In this document: positions 1 to 9,334 of the stretch, in pieces | How the letters are laid out: each line of letters opens with the position of its first letter | Numbering within the stretch: the first letter of the stretch is position 1 | From: Abditibacterium sp. | Lineage (GTDB): Bacteria > Armatimonadota > Abditibacteriia > Abditibacteriales > Abditibacteriaceae | Reading direction: 5' to 3' | DNA: 64,000 bases | NCBI GenBank assembly: GCA_965246885.1 | Contig: OZ251992.1 | Span: 3,328,001 to 3,392,000, forward strand | Program-made: the position numbers and the translations under genes | The notes under the pieces: generated by a model | What the model was told of the DNA's origin: nothing | The model's database searches: none | The model's input: the letters and a program-made list of their open reading frames with translations, nothing else

Positions 1-119
1 ACCGCGCACACTCATTATCCCTTTCGCCACTCGGATGGCTTTGTCGGTTTGCGCGTGGACGGCGCCGTGAAGTTTCGCAAGCCAACCAGTCTCACGAGCG
101 CCGATTTCAACGCCCTCTC

Positions 120-980
120 TTAGGGCGTCTTCCCCTCGCGCGCCGTTTCCATCAACTGCACGAGCGAGATAAAGTCCTCCTCGCCCAACCCCTGCGCCAA
201 GCCCTGCTGATACACCCCTCGCACGGCGGCGGTCTGGGGCAGTTCGAGGTGGCTCGCGCTCGCAGTTTCGAGCGCCAAGCGCAGGTCTTTCTCCAGATGC
301 TTGACGGAGAACTGCGGCGCGAAGTCGCGCGCCAGCAGTTTGGGTTCCTTCATGTCCGACACGCCCGACCGCGCCACGTTATGGTACAGCACCTCAAAGA
401 ACGTTTGGTCGGGGATGCCGTTCGCGCGGCACAGGCTCAGCCCCTCGCCCAAAGCGCCCGCAATCGCGGCGATTTGCAGGTTCATCGCCAACTTGAGCGT
501 CGAGGCCGTGCCCAAAGCGCCGATGTGAAAAATTTCCTTCGAGAGCGGCGCGAGGACAGGCCGCGCGGCTTCGAGCGTTTCGCGCTCGCCACCGATATAG
601 AACACCGTCTGCCGCGCTTGCGCGGCGGGTTTCGAGCCGGTAAAGGGCGCTTCCAAAAAGCGCGCGCCCGTCTTCTCGACCCGCGCGGCGAACTCAAGTG
701 TCCAGCGCGCCGAAATCGTCGAGCTTTGCACCACTATCTGCCCCGCGCGAAGCGATGGCTCAATTTGCCCCAGCACTTCCTCGACTGCTTTCGGGTCGGC
801 CACGACCAGAATGATTACATCCGCGCCCTCGACGGCCTTAGCCGCGTCCGCCTCGAAGCCCGGAAAGTCCGCTTGCGCCGTCCGATTCCACGCGCGAAGC
901 GGGAAGCCATCCGCCGCCAAGTTGCGCGCCCATGCGCTTCCGATTATCCCCAACCCCAAGACCGCCACTGTGTGTTGCAT
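120..980 (-). CDS. NAD(P)-dependent oxidoreductase, 3-hydroxyisobutyrate dehydrogenase/GarR family
   Basis: Rossmann motif VLGLGIIG, EAPFTGS, catalytic region KLAMN and C-terminal F(S)VKHLEKDL. Start set at ATG 980 (MQHTVAV). Confidence 0.9.
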   Translation of the reverse strand: MQHTVAVLGLGIIGSAWARNLAADGFPLRAWNRTAQADFPGFEADAAKAVEGADVIILVVADPKAVEEVLGQIEPSLRAGQIVVQSSTISARWTLEFAARVEKTGARFLEAPFTGSKPAAQARQTVFYIGGERETLEAARPVLAPLSKEIFHIGALGTASTLKLAMNLQIAAIAGALGEGLSLCRANGIPDQTFFEVLYHNVARSGVSDMKEPKLLARDFAPQFSVKHLEKDLRLALETASASHLELPQTAAVRGVYQQGLAQGLGEEDFISLVQLMETAREGKTP

Positions 981-1086
981 CAAAGCCAGTATCCTCGCCC
1001 CACCCGTCGCGGGAACGGTGCCGAAACCGTCCGGCGACTCGCCCACCGGGTTAGGCCACCGAAAGAATTAAGCGCGGGAATCGGCG

Positions 1087-1212
1087 ACACGCGTAATTCT
1101 TCCATCCGCGCAGCTAATTCTTCCGTCGGCGCAGCTAATTCTTCCATCCGCGCGCTTAATTGTTTCATCGGCGCAGCTCATTCTTCCGTCGGCGCGACCC
1201 GTTCTTCCATCC
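1087..1212. repeat. Degenerate tandem array of six 21-bp units (family A)
   Basis: Units such as GCGCAGCTAATTCTTCCGTCG and GCGCAGCTAATTCTTCCATCC start at 1087, 1108, 1129, 1150, 1171 and 1192. A reverse-orientation partial unit (GAAAGAATTAAGCGCG) lies at ~1061. Confidence 0.9.
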
Positions 1213-1239
1213 GCGCGCATGGGCGGAGCGGTGGCGCGC

Positions 1240-2436
1240 CTAATTTTGTGCGTCGGCGGGTTCGGTGACGATAAGGATGTCAACGGTGCGCAGTTCACCC
1301 GCGAGGCGCCCGATGATGTCGCCTTTCCAGAGTTTGCGCCAAAAGGTGCGGCTGGAATGTCCGATGACCAGTTGGGTAATCTCGTTGTCGCGGGCGTAGC
1401 GGATGACCTCGCTCGCCACGTCACCGTGCAAGGTGATGATGGGGATGTCCAGCTTTTCGGCGAGGGCGAAGTCGCGCTCCAACACCAACTTCTCCTCTTG
1501 GCACAGCACATGGTCGGCGACATACACCGCGCGCAAATCGCCTTGCAAACGCTGGGCGATGCGCCATCCGCGCCGCAAAAGCCGCAAGCTCGAAGTGGTG
1601 GGCGACAAGCACACCATGATGCGGTCGCCGGTGTTCCAATGCGTTTCAATGCCCTTGTCACGGCGATAGCTGGACACGTCGTCGTCCACTTCGCGGGCGA
1701 CTTCACGGAGCGCGATTTCCCGCAACGCCGACAGATTGCCCTCGCGGAAGAAATTGCTGAGCGCCGATTCCACCTTGTCGGGGTGGTAGATATCGCCGCG
1801 CTTGAGGCGGTTGACAAGGGCGCGCGGCGTGATGTCCACAATCGTAACTTCGTGCGCTTCGCGCAAAACCCGGTCGGGCACGGTTTCGCGCACGCGCACG
1901 CCAGTGATGTCGAATACGGCATCGCTCAGGCTTTCCAAGTGCTGCACGTTGAGCGCGGAAAGCACGGTGATGCCCGCGTCGAGCAGAACTTCCACGTCCT
2001 GCCAGCGTTTCTCCCTCGCGCTACCGGGGACGTTGGTGTGAGGCAGTTCGTCCACAAGACAAATTTGCGGGCGGCGCCGCAAGACGGCGTCGGTATCCAT
2101 TTCTTCGAGGGTGACGCCGCGATATTCGATGCGCGCGCGGGGGATGACTTCCAAATCGCCCAACTGCGCGACTGTGCCCGCGCGACCGTGCGTTTCGATG
2201 AAGCCAATCACGACATCTTGCCCGCGCGCGCGGCGGCGGTTGGCTTCTTCGAGCATCTTATACGATTTCCCCACGCCCGCCGCGAAGCCCAGATATATCT
2301 TGAGCCGTCCGCGCCCCGTCGCGTTGGGCGATGGCGCGGCGTCCTCGTCCAAAGCGTCATGGTCGAGGGCGGCAGGCGCAGCGATGCCCGCTTCTTGATT
2401 GGCGATTTGGAGCCACTCTTCGGGCGATTTGGGCAT
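1240..2436 (-). CDS. kdpD: Stand-alone KdpD N-terminal sensor domain plus USP domain (no TM or kinase domain)
   Basis: GRLKIYLGFAAGVGKSYKML, LVDELPHTN, KRWQDVE, NVQHLESL and FFREGNL are KdpD-N motifs. A USP-like C-terminus follows (RIMVCLS...ITQLVIGHS). Confidence 0.9.
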   Translation of the reverse strand: MPKSPEEWLQIANQEAGIAAPAALDHDALDEDAAPSPNATGRGRLKIYLGFAAGVGKSYKMLEEANRRRARGQDVVIGFIETHGRAGTVAQLGDLEVIPRARIEYRGVTLEEMDTDAVLRRRPQICLVDELPHTNVPGSAREKRWQDVEVLLDAGITVLSALNVQHLESLSDAVFDITGVRVRETVPDRVLREAHEVTIVDITPRALVNRLKRGDIYHPDKVESALSNFFREGNLSALREIALREVAREVDDDVSSYRRDKGIETHWNTGDRIMVCLSPTTSSLRLLRRGWRIAQRLQGDLRAVYVADHVLCQEEKLVLERDFALAEKLDIPIITLHGDVASEVIRYARDNEITQLVIGHSSRTFWRKLWKGDIIGRLAGELRTVDILIVTEPADAQN

Positions 2437-2439
2437 GGG

Positions 2440-3174
2440 TCAGGCGCCTCCAAGGGCATCCATCCAACGCCGCAAACTGGGGGTGAGTTCCTCCAAAACG
2501 AGGCGGCCACGAAGCGGCGGCGCGCTGTTTTGCCACAGGAAATTGGCGAGGGCTTCCTCGCCCAGCCACAGCCAAAAGCGGTCGTTCTGGTTCCACCCGT
2601 CGCGGTCGGCGTGCGCTTTGACAAGCGCCACGAACACGGGCGAGAACACCACTTCGCACTCGACGAGAGCTTCTTCGGGCGTCTCGATTTGAAAGCGGTG
2701 CGCGAAGCCTCCCGGCGTCTCGTGCGGGGCCGTTTCTTCCACGCCCAGCCGGAAGCCGTTGACGGTCGCGCCGTCCATGATGCCCCCGCTTTCGGGCACG
2801 ATGGGGGGCGCATCATGGGCAAGGGCCGCCGCGACCGCGCCGCGCAAAACCTCAGTCGTGAAGGGCTTGCGCAGGAAGTTGGTCGCCCCGGCGCGTCCGG
2901 CGGCGAGGGCGAGATCTACCGTCCCGAACGCCGTCGCCATGATCACTTTGACGCCCGGTTGCCGCTCTTTGAGGGCGCGCAAAACCTCAATGCCTTCCAT
3001 CTGCGGCATGCGCTGGTCGAGCAGAACCAAGTCGAAGGCGCTCCCGTCGCCGAACTTTTCCAAGGCTTCCGGCCCATCGGCGGCAGTCTGCGCGCGGTGC
3101 CCATCGGCTTGCAAGGCCAGCCGGAGCATAAGCCGGATATTGCTTTCGTCGTCCACGACTAAGATGTTCGCCAT
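2440..3174 (-). CDS. Response regulator: receiver domain plus uncharacterised C-terminal domain
   Basis: ILVVDDE, LLDQRMP (phospho-Asp), ATAFG and KPF. The C-terminal ~115 aa has no recognisable HTH. Confidence 0.85.
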   Translation of the reverse strand: MANILVVDDESNIRLMLRLALQADGHRAQTAADGPEALEKFGDGSAFDLVLLDQRMPQMEGIEVLRALKERQPGVKVIMATAFGTVDLALAAGRAGATNFLRKPFTTEVLRGAVAAALAHDAPPIVPESGGIMDGATVNGFRLGVEETAPHETPGGFAHRFQIETPEEALVECEVVFSPVFVALVKAHADRDGWNQNDRFWLWLGEEALANFLWQNSAPPLRGRLVLEELTPSLRRWMDALGGA

Positions 3175-3186
3175 AATTGTTTGTCC

Positions 3187-5022
3187 TCACCCCTGCGCTT
3201 CCAACTCGAACTCGAACTCGCTGCCGTTACCCACCTCGCTTTGGACGCGGATTTCGCCGCCGTGCGCGTTCACCAGAGTTTGCGAGATGGGCAAGCCCAA
3301 CCCCGCACCGCCGCGCGTGGCGCCGGGGACTTGCGCGAAGCGCTCGAAGATGCGCCCCAAAAACTCGGCGGGGATGCCGTCGCCGGAGTCGCGGATGGTG
3401 AAAGCGACTTTGGGCGACTCTTTAGCCTCGCGCGCGCCTGCCTCGATGGCGACCTCGCCGCCTGCGGGCGTGTGGCGGATGGCGTTGTTCAGTAAGTTGA
3501 GCAGGACGCGCTCGATTTGGGCGCGGTCGGCGCGCACGAGGGGTAAGTCGGCGCGGGCGAAGGTTTGCAAGCGCACGCCCTTGTCGCGCGCCGTTGCCGC
3601 GACGCCCGCGACGGCACTTTCAAGCAGTTCGCGCGGCGAGACCCACTCGAAGCGGGGCGGCGTGGCGCCCGCTTCGAGTTTGGTGATGTCGAGCAGGTCG
3701 CGCAGGAGGGCGTCGAGCCGCGCCAAGTCGGTGCGCTGGGCATGCACAATGTCGCGCTGGTCGCCGTTGAGCGGCCCGACGGCGCCTTGTTCGAGCAGTT
3801 GGGCCGAGAGTAAGAGGCTCGTGACGGGGGTGCGCAGTTCGTGCGATGCGACGCCGATGAACTCGGTCTTGAGGCGGTCGAGCGCTTGCAAGTGCGTCAC
3901 GTCTTCGAGCACTAAAACGGCGCCGAGGACAGTGTCGTCGTCGCGCATGGGAGTGGCGCGCACCCGGTAGACGCGCTGGGCGTCGCCGCTTTGGATGGAG
4001 ATAAGCCCTCCAGCGCCTTCGTCGGCAGCGACGGCGCCCGATGTGATGGCGCCTTCTAAGGCCGCGACGATCTTCGGCTCGTCCAACGCGCGCGCGAGCG
4101 GCAAGCCCGCCAACTTGGACGCGGGGCCGAATAACCCCTGCGCGGCGCGGTTGAGATGCACGAGGGTGCGCGTCGCGTCAGCGACAATGACGGGATCAAA
4201 AAGGCTTTCGAGGGCCGCGTCGGACATCTTCTGGGCGCGCTGGAGGCGCGTCTCTTGGCCCTGCTTGGCAACACGCAGCTTGCCGGTCATGTCGTTGAAG
4301 GCGCGGGCGAGCAGGCCGATTTCGTCGTCGCGGCGCAGTTCGATGGAGCGGTTGAGATGCCCCGCGCCGATTTGTTCGGCTTCTTGAACAAGCGCGAGGA
4401 GCGGCGTAAGGGCGGCGTTGACGGCGCGGCGGGCGAACCAGATGGCCAACCCCAGCGCCGCAAGGGTCAGGGCAATACCGATGAGGGCGCCTTGGCTGGC
4501 GTCGCGCTTGGCGCGTTCGTCGGCGCGCACGATGGCGGCTTGGTTGATGTCCAATATCTGCTGCGCCTCGGCCTTGATGCGGCGGAAGTGCGGCTCCAAC
4601 TCGGCAAAGTAAAAGCGCGCGCCCTCGGCGGTGGAGTATTTTCCCCCAAGCAGAACCGCGACTTTGGCTTTATAGGCGGCGTAATCACCGGCGAGGCCGT
4701 CGGCGGTGGCTTGTTCGCCGCGCTCGGTGATGTTGGCGCGCTCGCTGCCAAGGGCGTGGTCAAAGATGGGGGTGTTGGCGGCGAACTGAGTGCGCGCTTT
4801 GGTGCTTTGCCCCGCGAGGAAGAAAGTGGCGGCAGAGTCTTGGCGTTCGAGCGACTCTTTCATGGTCTGCGCGGCAACGACCGACGCGTAGTTGTCCTTC
4901 AAGATGCGGTCAATGGAGCCGCCCAGCCGCAAGAAGTTGGCGACCGCGCCCAACATGACGACCGCCATCAGCGCCACAAGCGCGAGGTGAGATGCGAAGA
5001 GTTGGGTGCGTAGGCTTTTCAT
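3187..5022 (-). CDS. Membrane sensor histidine kinase (2 TM, HAMP, PAS-like, HisKA, HATPase)
   Basis: HAMP DDEIGLLARAFNDM, H-box ASHELRTP, N-box NLLNNAIRH, G boxes DSGDGI and GAGLGL. Start ATG 5022 overlaps the upstream stop (ATGA). Confidence 0.92.
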   Translation of the reverse strand: MKSLRTQLFASHLALVALMAVVMLGAVANFLRLGGSIDRILKDNYASVVAAQTMKESLERQDSAATFFLAGQSTKARTQFAANTPIFDHALGSERANITERGEQATADGLAGDYAAYKAKVAVLLGGKYSTAEGARFYFAELEPHFRRIKAEAQQILDINQAAIVRADERAKRDASQGALIGIALTLAALGLAIWFARRAVNAALTPLLALVQEAEQIGAGHLNRSIELRRDDEIGLLARAFNDMTGKLRVAKQGQETRLQRAQKMSDAALESLFDPVIVADATRTLVHLNRAAQGLFGPASKLAGLPLARALDEPKIVAALEGAITSGAVAADEGAGGLISIQSGDAQRVYRVRATPMRDDDTVLGAVLVLEDVTHLQALDRLKTEFIGVASHELRTPVTSLLLSAQLLEQGAVGPLNGDQRDIVHAQRTDLARLDALLRDLLDITKLEAGATPPRFEWVSPRELLESAVAGVAATARDKGVRLQTFARADLPLVRADRAQIERVLLNLLNNAIRHTPAGGEVAIEAGAREAKESPKVAFTIRDSGDGIPAEFLGRIFERFAQVPGATRGGAGLGLPISQTLVNAHGGEIRVQSEVGNGSEFEFELEAQG

Positions 5023-6950
5023 GATGACGTTGGCGACGTGAGAGCGCGCTCCTCTTCCCGGTCGAGCCACGCGTCGAAGTGATACGGCACGTTCACCGCG
5101 ACAACTCCGGGCTTTGAGCGCAGCTTCCACAAGAGCATGAGCGCAGTTTGGCCATGTAGCGCGCGCGCCCACCACGCCGTTGCGATGGCTTCGGGAATGA
5201 CCAGCGTCACCAAGCAACCGGGGTCGTTCGCTTGCAACTCGTCTATCAACCGCAAGACGGGCGCCGCAAGCGCGCGGTAGGGCGATGGCAGGAACTGAAG
5301 TGGCACGCCGCGCCCGTACAAAGTCCACTTCTCGCGCAGGCGCGCTTCTTTTTGCGGGTCGATGGACACATGGATAGCACGCGCATCGGGCGATATGGAG
5401 CGCGCGTATTGCAAGGCGGGAATGACGCCGCGATGCAGGTCGGGCACGAGGACAAGGACGTGGTGCCGCGCGCCTTGGCGCGGGCGGTAGCCCTCCAGCG
5501 ACAGTTGCCGCGCCGCGCCGTCGTAGTAGTGGCGAATCAGGCCAAACAAGAACACGAGCGCGGGCGTGAGGAAAAGGATCATCCACGCGCCGTCGCGGCA
5601 CTTCACGCACGCGAAGACGACCGTTACAACTGCCGTTGCCAAGGAACCAACGGCGTTGACCGTGAGCCGCCCTTGCCAGCCGCGCCCGCGCTCTGCCAAC
5701 CAGTGCTTCACCATACCCGCTTGCGACAGGGTAAACGACAGGAACACGCCGATGGCGAACAAAGGGATGAGCGCATGGACACTGCCGCCAAAGCCAACGA
5801 CCAGCATACTCGCCGCGACTGCCAAAGCGATGATGCCCCGGTCGAAGACGAGCTTATCGCCCACGTTGGCGAGTTGGCGCGGCAGTAGCCCGTCGCGCGC
5901 CATAAGCGAGCACAAGCGCGGAAAGTCGGCGAACGAGGTGTTGCACGACAGCACGAGGATGGCGCAGGTTGCTATCTGGAGCGCCAGATAAAGCGGGCCG
6001 GTGCCAAACACCACGCGCCCCAACTGCGAAAGAACAGTCTCGCTGTAACCCCGCGCGTTGGGCGGAATGGCACCCGCGTGTGCGGCCAGAACGGACACGC
6101 CGATGAACAGACCGCCCAAAAGCACGCCCATCCAGATCATCGTCTTGCCCGCGTTAACTGGAGCGGGGTCGCGGAACGCTTGGACGCCGTTGGAAATGGC
6201 CTCGACGCCCGTCAAGGCGGTGCAACCACTGGAAAAGGCGTGCAATATCAAGAACAGAACGCCGAGCGACTCCAGCTTGGGGAGTTCTCCCTTTTCGCCC
6301 GCCACGCGCGCCGCGAGCAAGTCGGAGGGGGAATGTACCGGGTGCCAGTGCCCAGTCGCCATGAGCGCTAACCCCCATACGATAAGCAGCGCGGTGATGC
6401 CGACGAACCCATAAACCGGAACCGCGAAGAAGACGCCACTTTCTTTGGCGCCGCGCAGGTTCACAAGCGCGATGAACGCCAGAAACCCGACGGCAAGCGG
6501 GACGGTGAAGCGCTCCGCTTGAATCCCGTAGTTCCCCATGAGGGAAACAATCGCCGCCACACCCGCCGACGCGCACACTGCCGCGTTCAAAACGTAATCC
6601 AACAAAAGCGCCGCGCCCGCCGTGCGTCCGGCCTTCGGGCCAAGGTTATCGCCCGCGACGGTGTAAGCGCCGCCGCCTCCCGGATAAGCGCCCAAAGTTT
6701 GGCGATACGACACCACCACAATCGCCAACAACAGCGCCACCGCCCCCGCCAGCCAAGGCGTCCAGCCGAAGTAAGGGACGGCGCCTGCGAGGAGAAGCGC
6801 AGCCATCATTTCTTCGGTCGCAAACGCCACGCTGGACAGGGCATCGGACGCGAAGACGGGGAGCGCGATGAGGTTGGACAGCTTCTGGTGGTGCGCGTCC
6901 GAGGTTTGCAAAGGGTCGCCGATGAGCAGGCGGCGCAAGGAAAAGGTCAT
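5019..6950 (-). CDS. APC-family permease, KimA/YdaO-like (probable K+ transporter)
   Basis: ASDALSSVAFATEE, YPGGGGAY, LTGVEAISNG, LIPLFAIGVF. About 12 TM segments plus a cytosolic C-terminal domain. Confidence 0.85.
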   Translation of the reverse strand: MTFSLRRLLIGDPLQTSDAHHQKLSNLIALPVFASDALSSVAFATEEMMAALLLAGAVPYFGWTPWLAGAVALLLAIVVVSYRQTLGAYPGGGGAYTVAGDNLGPKAGRTAGAALLLDYVLNAAVCASAGVAAIVSLMGNYGIQAERFTVPLAVGFLAFIALVNLRGAKESGVFFAVPVYGFVGITALLIVWGLALMATGHWHPVHSPSDLLAARVAGEKGELPKLESLGVLFLILHAFSSGCTALTGVEAISNGVQAFRDPAPVNAGKTMIWMGVLLGGLFIGVSVLAAHAGAIPPNARGYSETVLSQLGRVVFGTGPLYLALQIATCAILVLSCNTSFADFPRLCSLMARDGLLPRQLANVGDKLVFDRGIIALAVAASMLVVGFGGSVHALIPLFAIGVFLSFTLSQAGMVKHWLAERGRGWQGRLTVNAVGSLATAVVTVVFACVKCRDGAWMILFLTPALVFLFGLIRHYYDGAARQLSLEGYRPRQGARHHVLVLVPDLHRGVIPALQYARSISPDARAIHVSIDPQKEARLREKWTLYGRGVPLQFLPSPYRALAAPVLRLIDELQANDPGCLVTLVIPEAIATAWWARALHGQTALMLLWKLRSKPGVVAVNVPYHFDAWLDREEERALTSPTSS

Positions 6951-6989
6951 GAGAGTTGGGCAATGGGAGTTGTAGGGTTGTCAGGATAT

Positions 6990-8534
6990 TCATCCCACCT
7001 GCTTCATCTTCAGCGCGAAGAGTTCGGCATCAATACGCGCGGCGATGCGGCGCCACTCTTCTTCTTCGAGCTTTCCATGTCGCTCGGCATCTTGATACGA
7101 CTTCTTTTCCGCCGCCAGCACCATGATACGCACTTCGGCAGACTGCTTCTCTTCGTGCAAACCGCCGTGCGCCGTAGGGAAAGCGGAGTTCGCTTCCAAC
7201 AATGCCAAGCGCCGCGTGTAATCGTGGGCGAGCGTTTCGATAATCCACTGGGGATACGCTTCGCTCATCCGCAGTTCATCCAAATAGGCAAGCGCGGCCT
7301 GCGTCGCCCCCAATTCGCTTTTCAGCCGCTTGTCATCACCCGGCATGCGCGCGGCCTCCCCGATTACATTCAAGTGCCCAAGCAACGGGCCGATAGTAAG
7401 CCCCTGCACCATCAGCGAAAACATCACAGCGCCAAAAGTGGCGGCGACGAGCGTGTCGCGCCCCGCCAGCCGTGTGGGAAGTCCCATTACCAGCGCCATC
7501 GAAAGCGCGCCGCGTAGTCCGCCCCACACCAAGACGTGTTGCCACGCTCGCGGCACTTGGGCGCCCATGCGGTTGACAATCCACGACAACGGGTAAATCA
7601 CGCTTCGCCCTAATAAAACCAAAAGCGCCGCGCTGAGGGCGAGGGCGATTTTGTGCTTCCAATCGAGTGCCACGACTTCGATGCCAACCAGAAGGAAGAT
7701 CAACGAGTTGACGACGAATCCCGCGTATTCCCAAAAGGCCGTGACCGCGAGGCGAACGCCCGGAGTCATCGCCTGTTGGCCGAAGTTGCCCAGTACAAGC
7801 CCCGCCGCGACCACAGCCATTACCCCCGAAACATGAAGTGTCTCTGCCGCCAAGTAAGACCCGAAAGCCACGAGAGTCGTCAGCGTGATTTCGACCAAAT
7901 GATCGTCCAGATTCTGGTGCAACCGCGTCGCGGCGGCGCCAAGGAGCGCGCCCAGAGCGGTGCCGCCCACGATGAGCCGCAAGAACTGCACGAAGCCCGC
8001 GCCCCACGAAAGCGTCCCGCCCAACGCCGCCGCCGTCAGCACCGAAAATAACACGACGGCCACCCCATCGTTGAACAGGCTTTCGGCTTCCATGATGAGC
8101 GTCAAACGCCGCCCCGCACCCAAGCGTTTGAAAATTGCCAATACCGAGATCGGGTCGGTTGCCGAAATCAACGCTCCAAAAATCAGCGCCGAAAGCAGCG
8201 GCACTCTCAACACCCACGCCGCCGTCACACCCACTAAAATGGTCGAAAGGATCGTCCCGGCAAAGGTGTACACCGCAATGGGCGCCCAGTTGCGGCGTAG
8301 AGAATCGAGTCGCAGATGGAGGGCGGCCTCGAACAGAAGCGGCGGCAGGAACACCGTAAACAGCAACGCCGGTTCGAGATGCGCTCCCGGAAAAAGCCGC
8401 GAGAGTCCGACGAGTAACCCAGTTACCACAAGCGCCAGCGCATAGGGCACGCGCAAGCGTCGCGCTAACAACGCCACCAAGAACGCGATGAGCAGCAACC
8501 AAAAGAACTGCGTGTTGGAGCCAAGGGTGTTCAT
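6990..8534 (-). CDS. CPA1-family Na+/H+ antiporter
   Basis: FLPPLLFEAA, ISATDPISV, ESLFNDG and WGGLRGA are CPA1 motifs. Start set at ATG 8534. Confidence 0.92.
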   Translation of the reverse strand: MNTLGSNTQFFWLLLIAFLVALLARRLRVPYALALVVTGLLVGLSRLFPGAHLEPALLFTVFLPPLLFEAALHLRLDSLRRNWAPIAVYTFAGTILSTILVGVTAAWVLRVPLLSALIFGALISATDPISVLAIFKRLGAGRRLTLIMEAESLFNDGVAVVLFSVLTAAALGGTLSWGAGFVQFLRLIVGGTALGALLGAAATRLHQNLDDHLVEITLTTLVAFGSYLAAETLHVSGVMAVVAAGLVLGNFGQQAMTPGVRLAVTAFWEYAGFVVNSLIFLLVGIEVVALDWKHKIALALSAALLVLLGRSVIYPLSWIVNRMGAQVPRAWQHVLVWGGLRGALSMALVMGLPTRLAGRDTLVAATFGAVMFSLMVQGLTIGPLLGHLNVIGEAARMPGDDKRLKSELGATQAALAYLDELRMSEAYPQWIIETLAHDYTRRLALLEANSAFPTAHGGLHEEKQSAEVRIMVLAAEKKSYQDAERHGKLEEEEWRRIAARIDAELFALKMKQVG

Positions 8535-8617
8535 CAAGCAGTTGCATAGTTTCCTCAAGGGGCAGAGATCTGACTCTTAGCGCAGTGACCTTCCAAACAC
8601 TTCCTTCAATGAGCGGT

Positions 8618-9235
8618 TTATTTTCCTGTCGCGTCGAGCGCCAAATTGAGTTCCAACACGTTGACGCCCGCTTCGCCGAGCACACCTAACCCGCGCCCTT
8701 GTGTATTGGCTTGGATAAGCGACTGGACTTTATCAAGCGACAAGTTGCGCGCTTTGGCGACGCGGGGCGCTTGCAGGGCGGCGTTTTCGGGCGAAATCTG
8801 CGGGTCGAGGCCGCTCGCGGAGCGCGTGACGGCATCGGCGGGGAGCGGCGCGTCGGACGCGAGGTTGTTCTCCGTCCGGTACGCCGCCGCCAATTGCTTG
8901 ATGCCGTCGTAGGCGTCCACTTTGGCCTTCTTGTCTTCCTTGACGCCGTTGATGAGTTTGTCCGATGTCGGGCCAAGGTTGGTGCCGCCCGACGAGGTGG
9001 CGTCGTAGCCGTTTCCGGCGGCGGAGGCGCGCGGGTGGAAGTAGATCGGCTTGGCGAAGGGCTGGCCAATCAAGCGCGAGCCGACGACCTTGCCGTTCTG
9101 TTCGATGAGAGAGCCGTTCGCTTGCGCTGGCATGGCGACCTTGGCGATGAGCGTGATGAGCGCCGGAAAGACGAGGCCGGTCAGGATGGTAAACGCCAGC
9201 ACGGACAGGATGGCGGGGCGAAGTTGTTTGAGCAT
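8618..9235 (-). CDS. kdpC: K+-transporting ATPase subunit C
   Basis: QANGSLI, GSRLIGQPF, YFHPRASA, SASGLDPQIS and VNVLELNLALD. Start ATG 9235. Confidence 0.96.
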   Translation of the reverse strand: MLKQLRPAILSVLAFTILTGLVFPALITLIAKVAMPAQANGSLIEQNGKVVGSRLIGQPFAKPIYFHPRASAAGNGYDATSSGGTNLGPTSDKLINGVKEDKKAKVDAYDGIKQLAAAYRTENNLASDAPLPADAVTRSASGLDPQISPENAALQAPRVAKARNLSLDKVQSLIQANTQGRGLGVLGEAGVNVLELNLALDATGK

Positions 9236-9245
9236 GAGTTTTGGT

Positions 9246-9327
9246 TTAGCCACAGATGAACACCGAGGAACACAGATAAATAAGCCATCCAGAAAATCCG
9301 TGTCCATCCGTGTTCATCTGTGGCTAA
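9246..9327. repeat. REP-like inverted repeat (CACAGATGAACAC type) between kdpB and kdpC
   Basis: TTAGCCACAGATGAACAC pairs with GTGTTCATCTGTGGCTAA. Internal submotifs (ACACAGAT, ATCCGTGT) are repeated. Confidence 0.8.
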
Positions 9328-9334
9328 TAATTTT

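Noticed and set aside
980..1168. 62-aa ORF MKQLSARMEELAAPTEELAAR as a real gene
   Set aside because: It is a reading of the 21-bp repeat with no RBS. Several frames are open there because of the periodicity.
1087..1212. 21-bp arrays (also 21887, 28906, 42349, 57118) as CRISPR arrays
   Set aside because: The units are contiguous and degenerate with no unique spacers, and there are no cas genes in the window.
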